Part shown: positions 12,889-25,623 of the stretch, one piece after another
Layout of the letters: every line of letters begins with the position of its first letter
Position numbering within the stretch: the stretch's first letter is position 1
DNA from: Tubulanus polymorphus
Lineage: Eukaryota; Animalia; Nemertea
Assembly: GCF_964204645.1 (NCBI RefSeq)
Contig: NC_134026.1
Span: forward strand, 705,950-769,949
Direction: 5' to 3'
Length of the DNA stretch: 64,000 nucleotides
Position numbers and translations under genes: made by a program
The notes under the pieces: generated by a model
The model's input: the letters and a program-made list of their open reading frames with translations, nothing else
What the model was told of the DNA's origin: nothing
Databases searched by the model: none

Positions 12889-15279
12889 TCATCTGATTGT
12901 CTGTGACATGTGTAAAGGATTTAACATCAATTCAAATGTGGCTCCTTTCAGATTCGCTCCTCTCAGATTCGCTTCTTGAAGATCACAACCAGATAAATCA
13001 CAGTTCTGCGAAATGAAATAGAAAATTGTTATCAAAGATTATAATATAGAATACTGATTCAAAGATAAAGTGAAAACTAACCTCTAAGTCAGCGCCAGCA
13101 AGAACAGCGGCTCTTAAATCACAGTTCTGTAAATTAGCATTCTTTAAAGTCGCTACTCTCAAATTAACAGCAGCCATATGACTTCCTTCCAAGTTAACAC
13201 ACTTTAGATTTGCACCTAAAGAGAACGCATTAACAATTATTATTCAATTTCATGATTACATGATTCAGTAGAATGAGATATTTATACCGGTACCTTCCAT
13301 ACTGGCGCGACTTCCAGCGGGATCTTCAAAATTGCAACCCTTCAACGAAGCTCCTTCTAAATTAGCGCACATGAATTTCACTCCTAACAAAGTTGAACCC
13401 TGAAATAGGTATACATGTCTAAATTATAATCAGCACTGACATTGACTAAGCCATGACGAGGATACTACGTACATCAAATTTAGCCTTCGAAAGATCGGCC
13501 CTTTCAAAGTTACAGTAAGCTAGATTCGCGCCACAGAAATTAACTGACTGCATCTTTGCGTACTTGAAGTTGATATACCTCAGATCTAAACGGGACAGAT
13601 TCGCGCCACGGAAACTCAAACCCTATCAAATAAAATCAATCATTAGACTCATAACACATTTCAATCAGTGCTGGGGGTGTGAGAGAATAAATACCTGACA
13701 TCTGAGTTCACAGTTCGATGGAGTACACATCAATGCTAGTGTAAATTCTCTACGCTCTATCGGTGTTATGTCATCCTTTGGTTTTTCACACTGTGAAAAC
13801 AATAAATATTTACAGTAATTCGTTTACGAAAATATGAATAACTTAAACAAAAGATATCAGAAAATTAAAAGTCTAAAATGTGTTTTTGGAATGTGATTAA
13901 CTTACTTCTATGATTTCATTCACTTTATCGATCAATGACATGATGCCGTAAAACTTGGCCTCCTCTAAAACACCGCTCGGATTCACGTTTTTATCCAATA
14001 TAAGTTCTCCGTGGCGGAGATAATTTAAAATCGGTTCAAAGTAGGTGGCGCTGCGATCGATCAAATACGCTCCATCACTATCAACTCGACTAGACCACGG
14101 CTGAACTGTAACGTGATAATAGTACATTATTTCTACTGATAAACTCCTTGATGAAATGTCTCGGAGTTCATTCAAGTGACTAGATAAAAAAAATTCGAGT
14201 TATTTGTTTAACTCAAATCACAAACTGAGAGTTGAAAGAGTACAGGGTTCTTATAGAACGGGGCATCCAAAAATGCCTGATATTTCTGCGACGAAGTGAT
14301 GAAAAAATATCTGATGAAATCATAAAATATTCTCAGTGGGGGCTGTTTTTTTTTCAAGAGGTTCCTTGTGCCACTTGTCAACAGCAAGAACAATAAAACT
14401 TCAAATACCCAGGCTTTTCCTAATTTTCAAGAAAATAGTCAGATTTTCCTTGATTTTCAAGAGGTTCCCTGGAACATATTAATCTGCAATTCACAGACTT
14501 TCCCTGATCTGTAAGAACCCTGAAAGTAAATTGGCTCCATTACTTAACATGTGTCTCTCACCTGTAGAATTATCAAACATCCTAGCTAACATTGATTCGG
14601 GTTCTTTATTCACTAAAGTGTCTCTAGTCGTTGTGAATTTCTTACCACCAACGTTCAAAACGACCCAATCACCCGACAACGTTTCCGGCAAAACTGTACC
14701 TAAATATCATACAATTCTGACCATTAGAATCAATCATTTTGAATCGGCAGAATTGGAAGGTTTTCTTTTTTTCGACACAAAAAATCTTACATTTTTCAGT
14801 GAAAGCATCGTCAACATTGGAGAAATAGAGGATTTCTCCATCTCTACAGAATAGATTTAATCGTAAATACAGTTACAAATATACAAACAAAAGATAAGAG
14901 ATAAAGTCTTCGGCAATGAATAAAATCTAACCTTATTAAATTGATATCATCTATCAAACCTCTGTGACAGTTAAATATCTGAAGCGCGTTAATTTGAAGT
15001 TTTTCGCTAGCCTTGTTTAACAGCTCTGTGACATTCCATGAACTATCAATCGCTATCACCTATAATTAATTCATTATTAATGTATCGCCTAATATAGAGA
15101 TGTGAATAAGTTTTTTTTTAACTGATTATGAGTCACTGCGCAGGGATGCGGTGATTGCGCAACGTCAATAATGGATCGCGTTTGGTGTGAATGAGATTAA
15201 TCGTTACCTTTCCCGAATGAACTCCTGGTTGACAATTATTACTCGATTGAGGAAATATCGTAACGATCTTCTCTGACAT
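12889..15279 (-). CDS. KCTD9: BTB/POZ and pentapeptide-repeat protein KCTD9
   Basis: N-terminal KHA-like exons ([10 protein letters not shown]|DGEILY), BTB ([26 protein letters not shown]; [22 protein letters not shown]), pentapeptide repeats ([24 protein letters not shown]), end [13 protein letters not shown]. Confidence 0.95.
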
Positions 15280-15348
15280 CTTGCAATCATTATTCAACAT
15301 CAGACGCGTAAATTGTGGGTACTTTTTCCCAGCGAAAACTTCGAAAAC

Positions 15349-17810
15349 TATGGAAGACCTCAGACGACATACAAGATATGAGATATAACATACGAGATAT
15401 GAGATGCAACATACGAGATACGACATATGACATACGAGATACGACTTATTTACATTACGGTTGTCCGTCCGCTAGCGCCACCGCAGTGTATGTTTTTTCA
15501 ATATTTACTGCATATAAATCGTTTAACATGGTGACGCGTACAGTCATCGTCAATTATATGAAAACCAACATAGTCAACATTTTATTCAAACCAGAAATAG
15601 ATTTCTTTTGGATAATGGACACCTGGACCGGACACAACGATTAGGCCATACTGTGAACACCCTGGACTAGGCGCGCCGGCCGTTCCTCTCCCGCGGGCGA
15701 CGAAAGGTTTTTCAAATCACAAAACTAAAAAGATATCAAACTGTTCAAGTTCATAATATTATGCTATTTCTTGTCTTCCTTTGGTCTGAAAACGGCCAGG
15801 TGTTCAGGAGCCGGGGTTCCTGTTACTCACTGCCTGCAGAAAAAATAACTACTGTTCACCGCCCGCCGTAACCGCCGGCTTTTCTGCATCAGAAATCAAA
15901 ATTCTAAATCCGCAGCCGGAAATCCCGGCCCCCTTGTACCCCTCCTCCGCTGTTTGACACCCCTGCCTGAGTTCTTGAATCCCAAACAACCCGGGAACCC
16001 GTACATCGCCCTGGTATCCAGATTAAGAACTCCCTTGCTCTCTCTCAAGGTTTGAAATCCCCAGCTAAATTCCATCCCTATCGAGCTACCGGGGCAGACT
16101 GGTGAGTCCACTAGACCAGCCGTTGAGAGTCGAGACTGGCCAGTTTTCGCTAACCGTCAGGGCAGTATGCGGCACTGTCTTTCTGAAGCCATAGTCCGGG
16201 GTCCTCCCCTGAAAATTTGTTCAATTTAGGTACTTGTGTATTCTGAGGGCTTTTTGGCTATCTTCCTTTTCTGACATCTTTCATGGAAAGGGCCAATGGC
16301 TGAATCTGAATAACTTTCATAATCGGAGAATCCAATTTAAGATCATTCTTATCAATTATCATGGCCAGTTTTAAAACTGTTTATTGACAAAAGTACAGGA
16401 ACCACATAAATAAGTCTTCAGCAAAACACAAGAGCTCTTAAGAGATCCATGGAAATATCAAGTAACATTTCTTTAGACAGGGAATTAGCGGAACACCGGA
16501 ACGTTGCTCGTATGGTGCGTTTGCACCCGTCGCAAATAACGTCGTGATAAACGAAATCAGCTGGACTAGGGCCAGGAGCTGAGAGTGATACAATGGAACT
16601 CCATTCTGATATTTAATGAATAATTCATTCAATAAATTTATGTTATCTTTAGTATTTTTAATTCATGTCCATGTTTCAATTCATTCGTTGAAATCATAGT
16701 ACACTAAACAGATTCCGCGTGTGTCGGACTTTTTTTAAAACTCTGGTCATCGGCATTCGTAATATACATACATCTTTCACTCTTCATCGAAAACCATCGA
16801 TCGAACGCGAAGTTTAAACCCTTGACTAGGTGCAATTCTTAATGACCACCAATTTGAAGGGGCCATGGCTAACTCTTTTTGAGGGATTTTTGTACACTCA
16901 AAAATGGAATTTGAGGCGTTTTTGGTGGATTAAGGGGCTGTTGCCCCGTATTTGGAGCCAACTCGAACCACCGGACCATCGGTGTCTCACACTAAGAGTG
17001 GCCCACTGACGTCTCACAGCGAGAAGCCGGTCCCCGGGAGTGGTTGATCGAATATTTTTAAATATTTTTCGTTTCAAATGAAACGTTTTTCGCATATTGA
17101 TATTCATAGTTAATGTATACGCCACTGCCTGCGCACGTGTCGTGGTATACGCCGCAACGCCGAGAGGAGCGCCTTTTTATGAACCAGCAAAATCGAAATA
17201 GATTAGCTATTTAGATTATATAGCCGATTAGTGTCAATTAGCATAACCGGGTATGTTGGTTGATAAAAACGCCAGGTAGAAATTATTCAATTATGGCCTA
17301 CTCAGCAGCGACTTCTACCGAGAACACCATATCGGTTGGATTAGATAATCGGCATACTTGCTCGCCGAGCGAGTATGCTGAGTATGCTAATCGATTATGA
17401 TAACCAATGTTCATAAAAATGACGGATTATGACATAATCCATGCTCATAAAAACGTTTTGCATACTCGAATATACTAATCGAGTGTTCATAAAAAGGCCT
17501 CATATCGGTTGGATTAGATAATCGGCATACTTGCTCGCCGAGCGAGTATGCTAATCGATTATGATAACCAATGTTCATAAAAATAACGGATTATGACATA
17601 ATCCATGCTCATAAAAACGTCTTGCATACTCGAATATACTAATCGAGCGTTCATGAAAAAGGCAAAGTTGAAAAATATACACTGCGGTGGCGCTAGCGGA
17701 CGGACACCCGTACTGTAAATAAGTCGTATCTCGTATGTCATATGTCGTATCTCGTATGTTGCATCTCATATCTCGTATGTTATCTCGTATGTCGTCTGAG
17801 GTCTTCCATA
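15349..17810. mobile_element. Non-autonomous DNA transposon with ~150-bp TIRs
   Basis: TATGGAAGACCTCAGACGACATAC... (15349-15500) recurs inverted at ~17668-17810; subterminal CATACGAGATA repeats; flanked by direct GAAAAC (15343-15348, 17811-17816); no transposase ORF seen. Confidence 0.8.
17328..17663. repeat. Two-copy tandem repeat (~173-bp period) rich in short palindromes
   Basis: catatcggttggattagataatcggcatacttgctcgccgagcgagtatgct...aaaaaggc starts at 17328 and 17501. Confidence 0.9.
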
Positions 17811-17963
17811 GAAAACGTCAAAATCCTAAAGCGCCGAAAATGCTCCACGCGACCCTTCATCAGCTCTCGGAGCCATCCGGCTTAAGGCTAGCTCCGAGTC
17901 TATGGGTCTATGGGTAATTGCAGTGAGTATTAGCTCCTGTTCTCTTTCGTTTATTGTACGAAA

Positions 17964-20900
17964 ATGAGTGAAGAAACCCCAATGGACATTACAAAGACTT
18001 CACCCGAGGATGAAAGCTCGGATAGTGATAGTTCTGATGAAGAGGAAGCAAATGAGCTCAAAATAAAACAATTACAAGCCTCAGTAAGTTCTGAATTTAA
18101 CATGAATTGATGTTAAAAGTTTCATGTGACACTGGCGCCATCTATCATCAACCGGTAATACTACTGTACATATGTACATATTATTTTTTACAGATAAGTG
18201 AAAATCCGTACATGTATGATAATCATGTTGAGTTGATAAAATTGTTGAGAGAAACTGGTGACCTGGACCGACAGAGATCTGCTCGTCAAGCAATGAGAGA
18301 GATTTTTCCACTAGCGGAAGGTAGGCTACAGTACCCGCCACAGCACAGCCATCGGCATTAGTGCTTGTCACCAGTCAAGAGCTGGTCAGGGTACAGAATC
18401 AGGGATTTACCATAGTCAGTAACCTGACTGTGGTTTAGTTTCACGATCGGATATTTTCACAAACCACATAACTACGTTGGTATAAGCCCATCCGATTATA
18501 GAAAGCTTACCACCAACGATTAGGTAACTAACTAGGATTTACCAGTACTTTAACTAGTAGTGAATCCTTGATTTCTTAACCCTAGCTACGCACAACAAGC
18601 CCCTGTTGGCTGTGTACAGAACCTACAGATGAACGAATTAATGAAAATGTCGACTGGGAGTGATATAAATGGAAAGAGATTTTATTTTCACAGATTTATG
18701 GTTGCAGTGGTTGAAAGATGAAATATCTTGCCGCGATGATGATCAAGATCGCTCTGAAATCATCGAATTGTTCGAAAACGCTGTTCAAGATTATCTGTGT
18801 AAGATTCTAAAACTTCCGTATTTGATTTCATACGAATGAAATGTTGGATTCAGATTTATTCTGGTTTTGTATATTGCTGTAGCTGTTCCTATATGGTTGG
18901 AATATGTACAGTATTCTATTGGTGGTATGGCGAGGGAAGGTGGAATTGAAGAAATCCGACGAGTCTTTGAGAGATCGCTTACTGCAGCAGGATTACACGT
19001 CTCTAAAGGACACGTTCTGTGGGAAGCTTACAGAGAATTCGAAACAGCAATATTAGGAGGTTTACAGGTTTGAAATGCCCTATCCAAAGATTCTTACGGA
19101 TCAGGATCCTTAGAGAAACAGCCGCCACTGAGGATATCTTCTCATTTGATAAGGGAATTTTTGGCCAAGGGTCAGGGAAATATCGAGGAATTTTGGATTC
19201 TCTAAGAATCCTGCAATCCTGACTGAATTTCTATCCAATGTTCATTTATCTCAGAATATTTATAAATGATTGCGTTGATTTTTTGCAGCCGGGTGGATTT
19301 CAGTCTAAAGAACAACAAGAAGCAGTTGATTTACAAATTGAAAGAATTACAGCTTTGTTTAAGCGTCAACTAGCGGTCCCTCTTCTGGGTAAGTGTTGCA
19401 GTTTCAGAGCTGCAATTATTTTTCTTCAGCTCGTTTTCTAAAAGAAAACAATATCTATTTTTTAGGAATGAAAAGCACATTTGGCGAATATAAAGATTGG
19501 GTCGATCAAATTGATAAACACGTTAAAACTACTTACGATCGAACTATCGAAAAATTACAGGCTTTACAACCATTTGAAGAGGCTTTGGTAAATAATCAAC
19601 AAAAATTATCTCAACCAAGAAAAATTTCGCAAATGAAAAAAATAACTTTCGTTATTTTTCTTTCTGAAGCAAAATGGCACAGCACCGTGTTTGGAAGAAT
19701 ATCTGTCTTATATTGAACATGAAGAGAAAAAAAGTGACCCAGCGCGTATTCAGTGTATTTATGAACGGGCTATACAAGAAAACTGTCTCATTCCTGATCT
19801 CTGGATTAGATATACTAATTATCTGGTAAGAGTTGCTCATAAATTGTGTACACAAAATTTTGTGAAATGATTTGCCCGATTTTGAAATTGATATTTCTCT
19901 TTCAACAATTAAACTTTCAGGACACGAAATTGAAGATTGCTGGTGTAATAATGAACGTGTATGATCGTGCTATACGCAATTGTCCGTGGTCCGTTAATCT
20001 GTGGATCGGTAAAATACGAGCGATGGAACGACACAATCAAAAAATTGATACCGTGAAAGGTAAAATCGTGAAAATTCATCTATGATTAGAATTCTGTATT
20101 CAGTTCCGCAATAGAATCTTGTCACTGAACAAAGTTCTAATAGACAGTTGTTTTTATCAGGGTCCCTACGACTCCTTGATTCCTTGAAAACGGAAATTGC
20201 TTTTAAAGGTGCTTGAAACTTTAATTCAAGCAAAACGCCTGAAACTCCTTCAAAAGTCCCTCAATTATGAGAAATAAGCGATTAGAAGTTGTTGTCTAGT
20301 TTTGTACAGCAGACTGTGCCTAAATCATTACGCAAGTGAGACTAGGATTTGTTTGTGCTGAATTGGGAGTTTAGATAATGTAAAGGATAAAGAATTTTCT
20401 GATAAAACCACTGAAAGGGTTTACAGAGATAAACATTACCGAATTAGAGGAGTCTACAGTACCGGTAATTGGGATATGGAAGTGATGCAGACGCTCCCTC
20501 AAAATTTGAAATTTTCACCTTTAAAACTCCTCGAAAACAATCCAGGAATGACTGATCTGTAAGGACCCTGTATATCCAGGAATGACTGTTTGTTCATTGT
20601 TATTATATTTAACTGTAATTTCAGATGTTATTGAAACAGCTTTGAATTCCGGTTTCACTCAAGCAGCGGAATATCTGTCTGTATGGACGGCTTATATCGA
20701 TTTCCTGAGACGAAGAATTGATTGGGAAGCAACTGGTTTGTAATCTTACCATCGTTTTATAGATCTTTTCACATCTGAATCATTACCTGGTATCCGATGA
20801 TTCGATGTATTTACAGATCACGTGAAGGAATTGGAACAGTTCCACTTGTCTATCGAAAGAGCAATTGATCATTTGACTCAATGTATGTATTTGAATTTGG

Positions 20901-23657
20901 GAATGGAATTTTATAATATTTTGATAATAGTTCCAACCGCATGATTTCAATATGGAACTCTTTTATTCCAGTGTTTGGTAATGAAGGAGACCCAACTTGC
21001 TCCTTACAGAGATACTGGGCATTTATAGAAGTATGTTCACTAAACTCAACCTTAATTCTTTATCGTTTAGTTCCTTAAACCCATGTCTTACCAAATTCAT
21101 GATTATTTCAGGTTAAATTCTGTAAGAACATGACCAAATCTCGTGAAATATGGAACGATATCATGCAGAGGGGAAACGGAAACAAGGCAGAAATGTGGAT
21201 GGAATTTATTCGTCTAGAAAGGTTGGTAAACTTGACCATCAATTTTCAAATTCATGAAGAATTAGTAATAGATAGTTATATCGCAGTGTGTAAAGGGAAT
21301 GGCTCTGTATGAAAACAAACACTATAATTATAGGGCGTATGGAGACAGCAAACACATTCGTAAAGTGTTTCAACGCGCGATTAATTCAGCAAATGATTGG
21401 CCGGAACTTGTTTGCGAAGCTTACATTAATTATGAACGAGAAGAAGGAACTCTAGAAAACTTTGACATCGCCAGTCAAAAGTGTGAAGCTCAACTGGCTC
21501 GCATTGCGGACAGACGGGCAGTCGCAGCGGAGAAAGAGGCTGAATTCGAAACGCAGCGAAAAAATCAGAAGAAAAAGGCACCGGCAAATAAAAAACAAGT
21601 GTTTAAAAAAACGGAGCAAATCAAAAAGAAAGAACCGCAAACAGAAGCAAAATGGAGCGATCAGGTGTCGTCTAGTAGAATTACTCAACCAAAAACTGAA
21701 CAAGATTCAGGTTTGAAACGCAAAGTAAGTTATTCATTCGTAAAGTATTTTACAATGTGTTGATCACATCTTCAAATCACAATTAATAATTGTTATGTTT
21801 CTCATTAAAGCACGAAGAAATGAAAGATGAAGACGGTTTTGCGGTTCCGCAAAAGTCGCTCGGTCCTCCACCACCAGGTTTCAAGGGACCACCACCTCCA
21901 GGGTTCAAGGGAACAACTCCAGTTGAATCAAAACAATCCGATCATGTTTCTGAACCTCCTGAGAAAAAGCTAAAAGGTAGAATACAATCATGTCTAACAT
22001 TCCCATTTCGTTTCAATCGAATTTAATATTTTAATATTTCCGGTTGTTTTTTAGAAGATGAACCAGTGAAATTCCATACAGAAATGGATGATACAAGCGT
22101 GTTCGTTAGTAATCTATTGTATAATGTGGATGAAGAAAAGATCCGACAGGCTTTATGTGAGGTGTGTATAAATCTTTGAATTCTACTCTTCTATTTACGT
22201 TAAAGATTATAGTCTGTTCATTTTAATATTTTCAGTGCGGCGAAATAAAGGAAATTAGACTCGTCAAAAATTTCAAAGGAAAATCGAAAGGATTCGCGTA
22301 TGTTCAGTTTAAAACTATGGTAAGTAATAATTCAGTTTTTCGCTGATTTAACAATATTTATTTCAGTAATCTTCAATTCAATTGTTGCTTATTTTAGGCA
22401 GGTGTAGAAAATGCATTTAAATTGGATCGTAAAATGATTGATGGTCGACCGATGTTTATATCACCGTGTAAAGAGAAAACTCAACGTAATAAAGTTTTCA
22501 AGGTAAATAAATCACATGTTATTAATTATACTACTGTTTTGTTTGATTCAAATAAATGACTTTTGTGAAAATCTTACTTTTAAGTATTCAACGAACTTGG
22601 AGAAAAATAAATTGTTCGTTAAGAATCTTCCGTTCACCTGCACACGCGAAGCCCTTCACACTATATTCAGTCAGGTATGAAGTTATGCTAATTTATACGA
22701 CTCGCAATACAATATTTCACTCAAGTTGTTCAAGTTTTGATACGGTTTTCATTTCAGCATGGTGAAGTGAAGGATGTAAGACTTGTAACTCACAGAAGTG
22801 GAGCCCCGAAAGGACTAGCTTACATCGAATATGTCGATGAGGTATCAAAGAGTCAGTTCCAATGTTACATCAACAAAAACCTACACAAATATAAGTAGTT
22901 ACCAGCTCCAGGACCCCTGAAGTCCTACGGATTTGTGTTATTGGTGTTCTCAAAGTGAAAGTGCTATTCAATTTATCAGTTGAAAAATACACTAATGTGC
23001 ATCCAATTAAAAAGAAATATTCTGAGTTAGGACTCCCAACTTTGTATTGCAAACCCCCGACCAAAATCCTCGATCTGCCGCTGACTAAGTATAAAACTTA
23101 TTGCATTATGTTTGATTCTTCAGACCGAAGCTAAGAATGCTGTTTTAAAAACAGATGAATTAATGATTGGGGACCACAAAATATCAGTAGCAATAAGTCA
23201 ACCTCCAGACAGGAAAACTCCACTCAACAGTCGACCTGAACCTACAACATATACTCCTAGTTTAGGAGGAGGCAAGAAAGAAAGTGCTACGTAAGTATCT
23301 GACAGTTAGAAGGTTTTGGATATTTATTGAATGGTCAAGGTCTCTACGACTCCACGATTCCTTGAAAAGTTCTGATTTAAGAGTCAACTGGGATAAGCAA
23401 GCGATGCAGACGCTTCCTCGAAATTTTCTCCTTTTAAACTCCTTCGACACTCCTTTCAACCAGGAATGGCTGATCTGTAGGGACCGTAATAGTATTCTAA
23501 TTCTATATTCAGGCGTGGTAAAGCACATACAGCTTTGATGTTGATGCCGAGATCAGTACAGCGTAAACCAGAAGCGGATAAAGAGACATCGAATCCATCT
23601 GCTTCCACATCCAGAATGAGTAATGCAGATTTCAGAAATATGTTATTGAAAAAATGA
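17964..23657 (+). CDS. SART3: SART3/p110/Prp24 U4/U6 snRNP recycling factor
   Basis: HAT repeats (VPIWLEYVQY, FERSLTAAGLHVSKGHVLWEAYREFE, RAIRNCPWS), two RRMs (SKGFAYVQF, PKGLAYIEY), C-terminal LSm-binding motif MSNADFRNMLLKK*. Confidence 0.96.
20158..20570. mobile_element. MITE-like dispersed repeat with CAGGGTYCYTAC...GTAAGRACCCTG ends; related copies near 225-380, 14243-14522, 23338-23487, 31938-32054, 61183-61199
   Basis: Recurring termini gggttcttacagatcag / ctgatctgtaagaaccctg in several introns; TSD not resolved. Confidence 0.6.
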
Positions 23658-25623
23658 GAATTTTTCATTTATTTTTTAAACAGAATTGTGCGCACATATT
23701 TTGATTTTTTTTAGTTAATAAAATAAAAAGCTGTACTTACAAGAGTTATATTCATGGTTAAATGTATCTTGAAGGATTGGATTAGAGCTGTTTTGTTTAA
23801 ATGGAGCTTGATTTTGAGGTTCAGGCGTGGTTTGTAGCAGTAAGGCAAAGGTTGGCGCTTTTCAGCAGTTTTGTTTCTGAAAAAGCAAGTTTTAGTGAAT
23901 TGCACCTTTGATCGACATTGTGACTGCTCATGATTTGTCAAACCATCACAATAACCTTCACGGACAGACATCGACCCTTAACACAGGATTTAATTTCTAT
24001 CTTCTTAAGGTTGTGACTATCTTTGCGAAACGACTGCATCAGCGAATCAAAAGAACTCGGTTCGTGTCAATCGTTGATAATTCTTTTATTATAAAACAAA
24101 ATATACAAATTATCTGTACAACAGCATACAACAAAAATTCTCTTCAGGCACAAAATGTTCTTCAAATAACTCAGAAACTCTTCTAAATTGGATGATTTAA
24201 ATCGTAGTTAAGTTATTAGTGGATTACCCTTCATTCAACAAACTCTGTTGGACCTAAATGAATTAATAAATTATCATTCACATGAAATATTTTTTTCACA
24301 CATGGTGGACTATCACAGGTTATAATTACATAAGTAAGCCGACCCTCTATTCAGATCAATATTTACATCTGTACAACGGACAAGGGAAAAGAATATAAAA
24401 AGCACAAAATACAGCAAGCTTTTCTTCTTAATGAATATTTTTGTTCCTCACAATACTTCGCTATATATCAAATACAAACTTCTACTCCTGGTAGAACATT
24501 ACCAGTCCCTCAAACTTAACTGCAAAATAAATTTGATGAATCTCCCCTTTCAACTAGCATACAGCACAGGTTAAACAACTATTGAATTCAATTATGTTTC
24601 TATGCTACAAACTTAAATGTCAACAGAATTTCATCTGTCTTATCGGTATTCACTAAAGGAGTAATTTCAGCTAATAACAGTAATTGTAAGTTTACAGTTA
24701 TTCCTATAAACCAAATTAAATGAATTAAGACATTTCTCTTATCAATAATAGCAAAATTACATATGTATTTTTGATAATAGCCACTTTGTGTCGCATTAAA
24801 TGAACTAGTTACGTCATCTCACTGGCCTCATTGAAATCATATTTGTTAAGTAGATTTAGCAATATACTGTACAACATTTATAGGACATGACTAGTTTGAA
24901 CAAAAGCACCTGAAAATGTTGACAAGACATTGATAATTCAGCGGGGGTTAAACAGGACAGCGTATATCATCAAATACTTCGTAATAGTTTAAATATATTC
25001 TTCATGTATAATATCATCCAATATAGTTCTCTTAACTGTGTTGAACGAGTTTAAACTCTTCCCAGCTTATCTTTTCCTCTCTGTTTAGGACAAGTTAACC
25101 ACATCAAGACCCTGTTCCCTCGCTGTTTTCAACAAATGTATTCCTACTTCAGTCATTATCATCATTACTAGTTCGTGTGGACACTTGTAGACAGAGGTTT
25201 AGCCAGTATGGCTACAGGCAGCAAGAGAGTGCACCCACCCATGCAACATATTCAAGATTCCTAGGCTAAACCCCCCAGTCCCTACTGACCCCCGAAATGA
25301 TTTAAAATATCAGAAGTCTATTTTTCTGATCATTAGACATCATAATAAATTATTATCAGCTTATAAACCCTTTTTTTGATAAATTTCAAAGAACGCACAA
25401 AATTCAACAAATTTCTTAAACACTGGGGGGGCCACTTTGACAACGTTCATTGAACAGTTAAGGAGGGTTATTTAAAGTGGGTTTAATGAGATGCTTGCTT
25501 CGTTTGATTGATTGCACATAAACAAGTTTGGCCTCACAACGCGTTTCACAAGACGATACAATCGCAGCATTTATTCCAGAGGGCGCCACGTCGATCGGAT
25601 CGTTCGCTTCTAACAATCGAAGG

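Noticed and set aside
15362-15445. CATACGAGATA repeats as a CRISPR array
   Set aside because: No unique spacers, eukaryotic context, mirrored in the opposite TIR
17845-17900. CUGAUGA on the minus strand beside the hairpin ctcggagc/gctccgag as another hammerhead
   Set aside because: No stem II followed by GAAA
15133-17917. ORFs 15133-15426, 15315-15644, 17559-17741, 17575-17769 and 17735-17917 that resemble each other
   Set aside because: Similarity comes from the TIR repeats; no transposase or other domain (only the KCTD9 first exon inside 15133-15426 is real)
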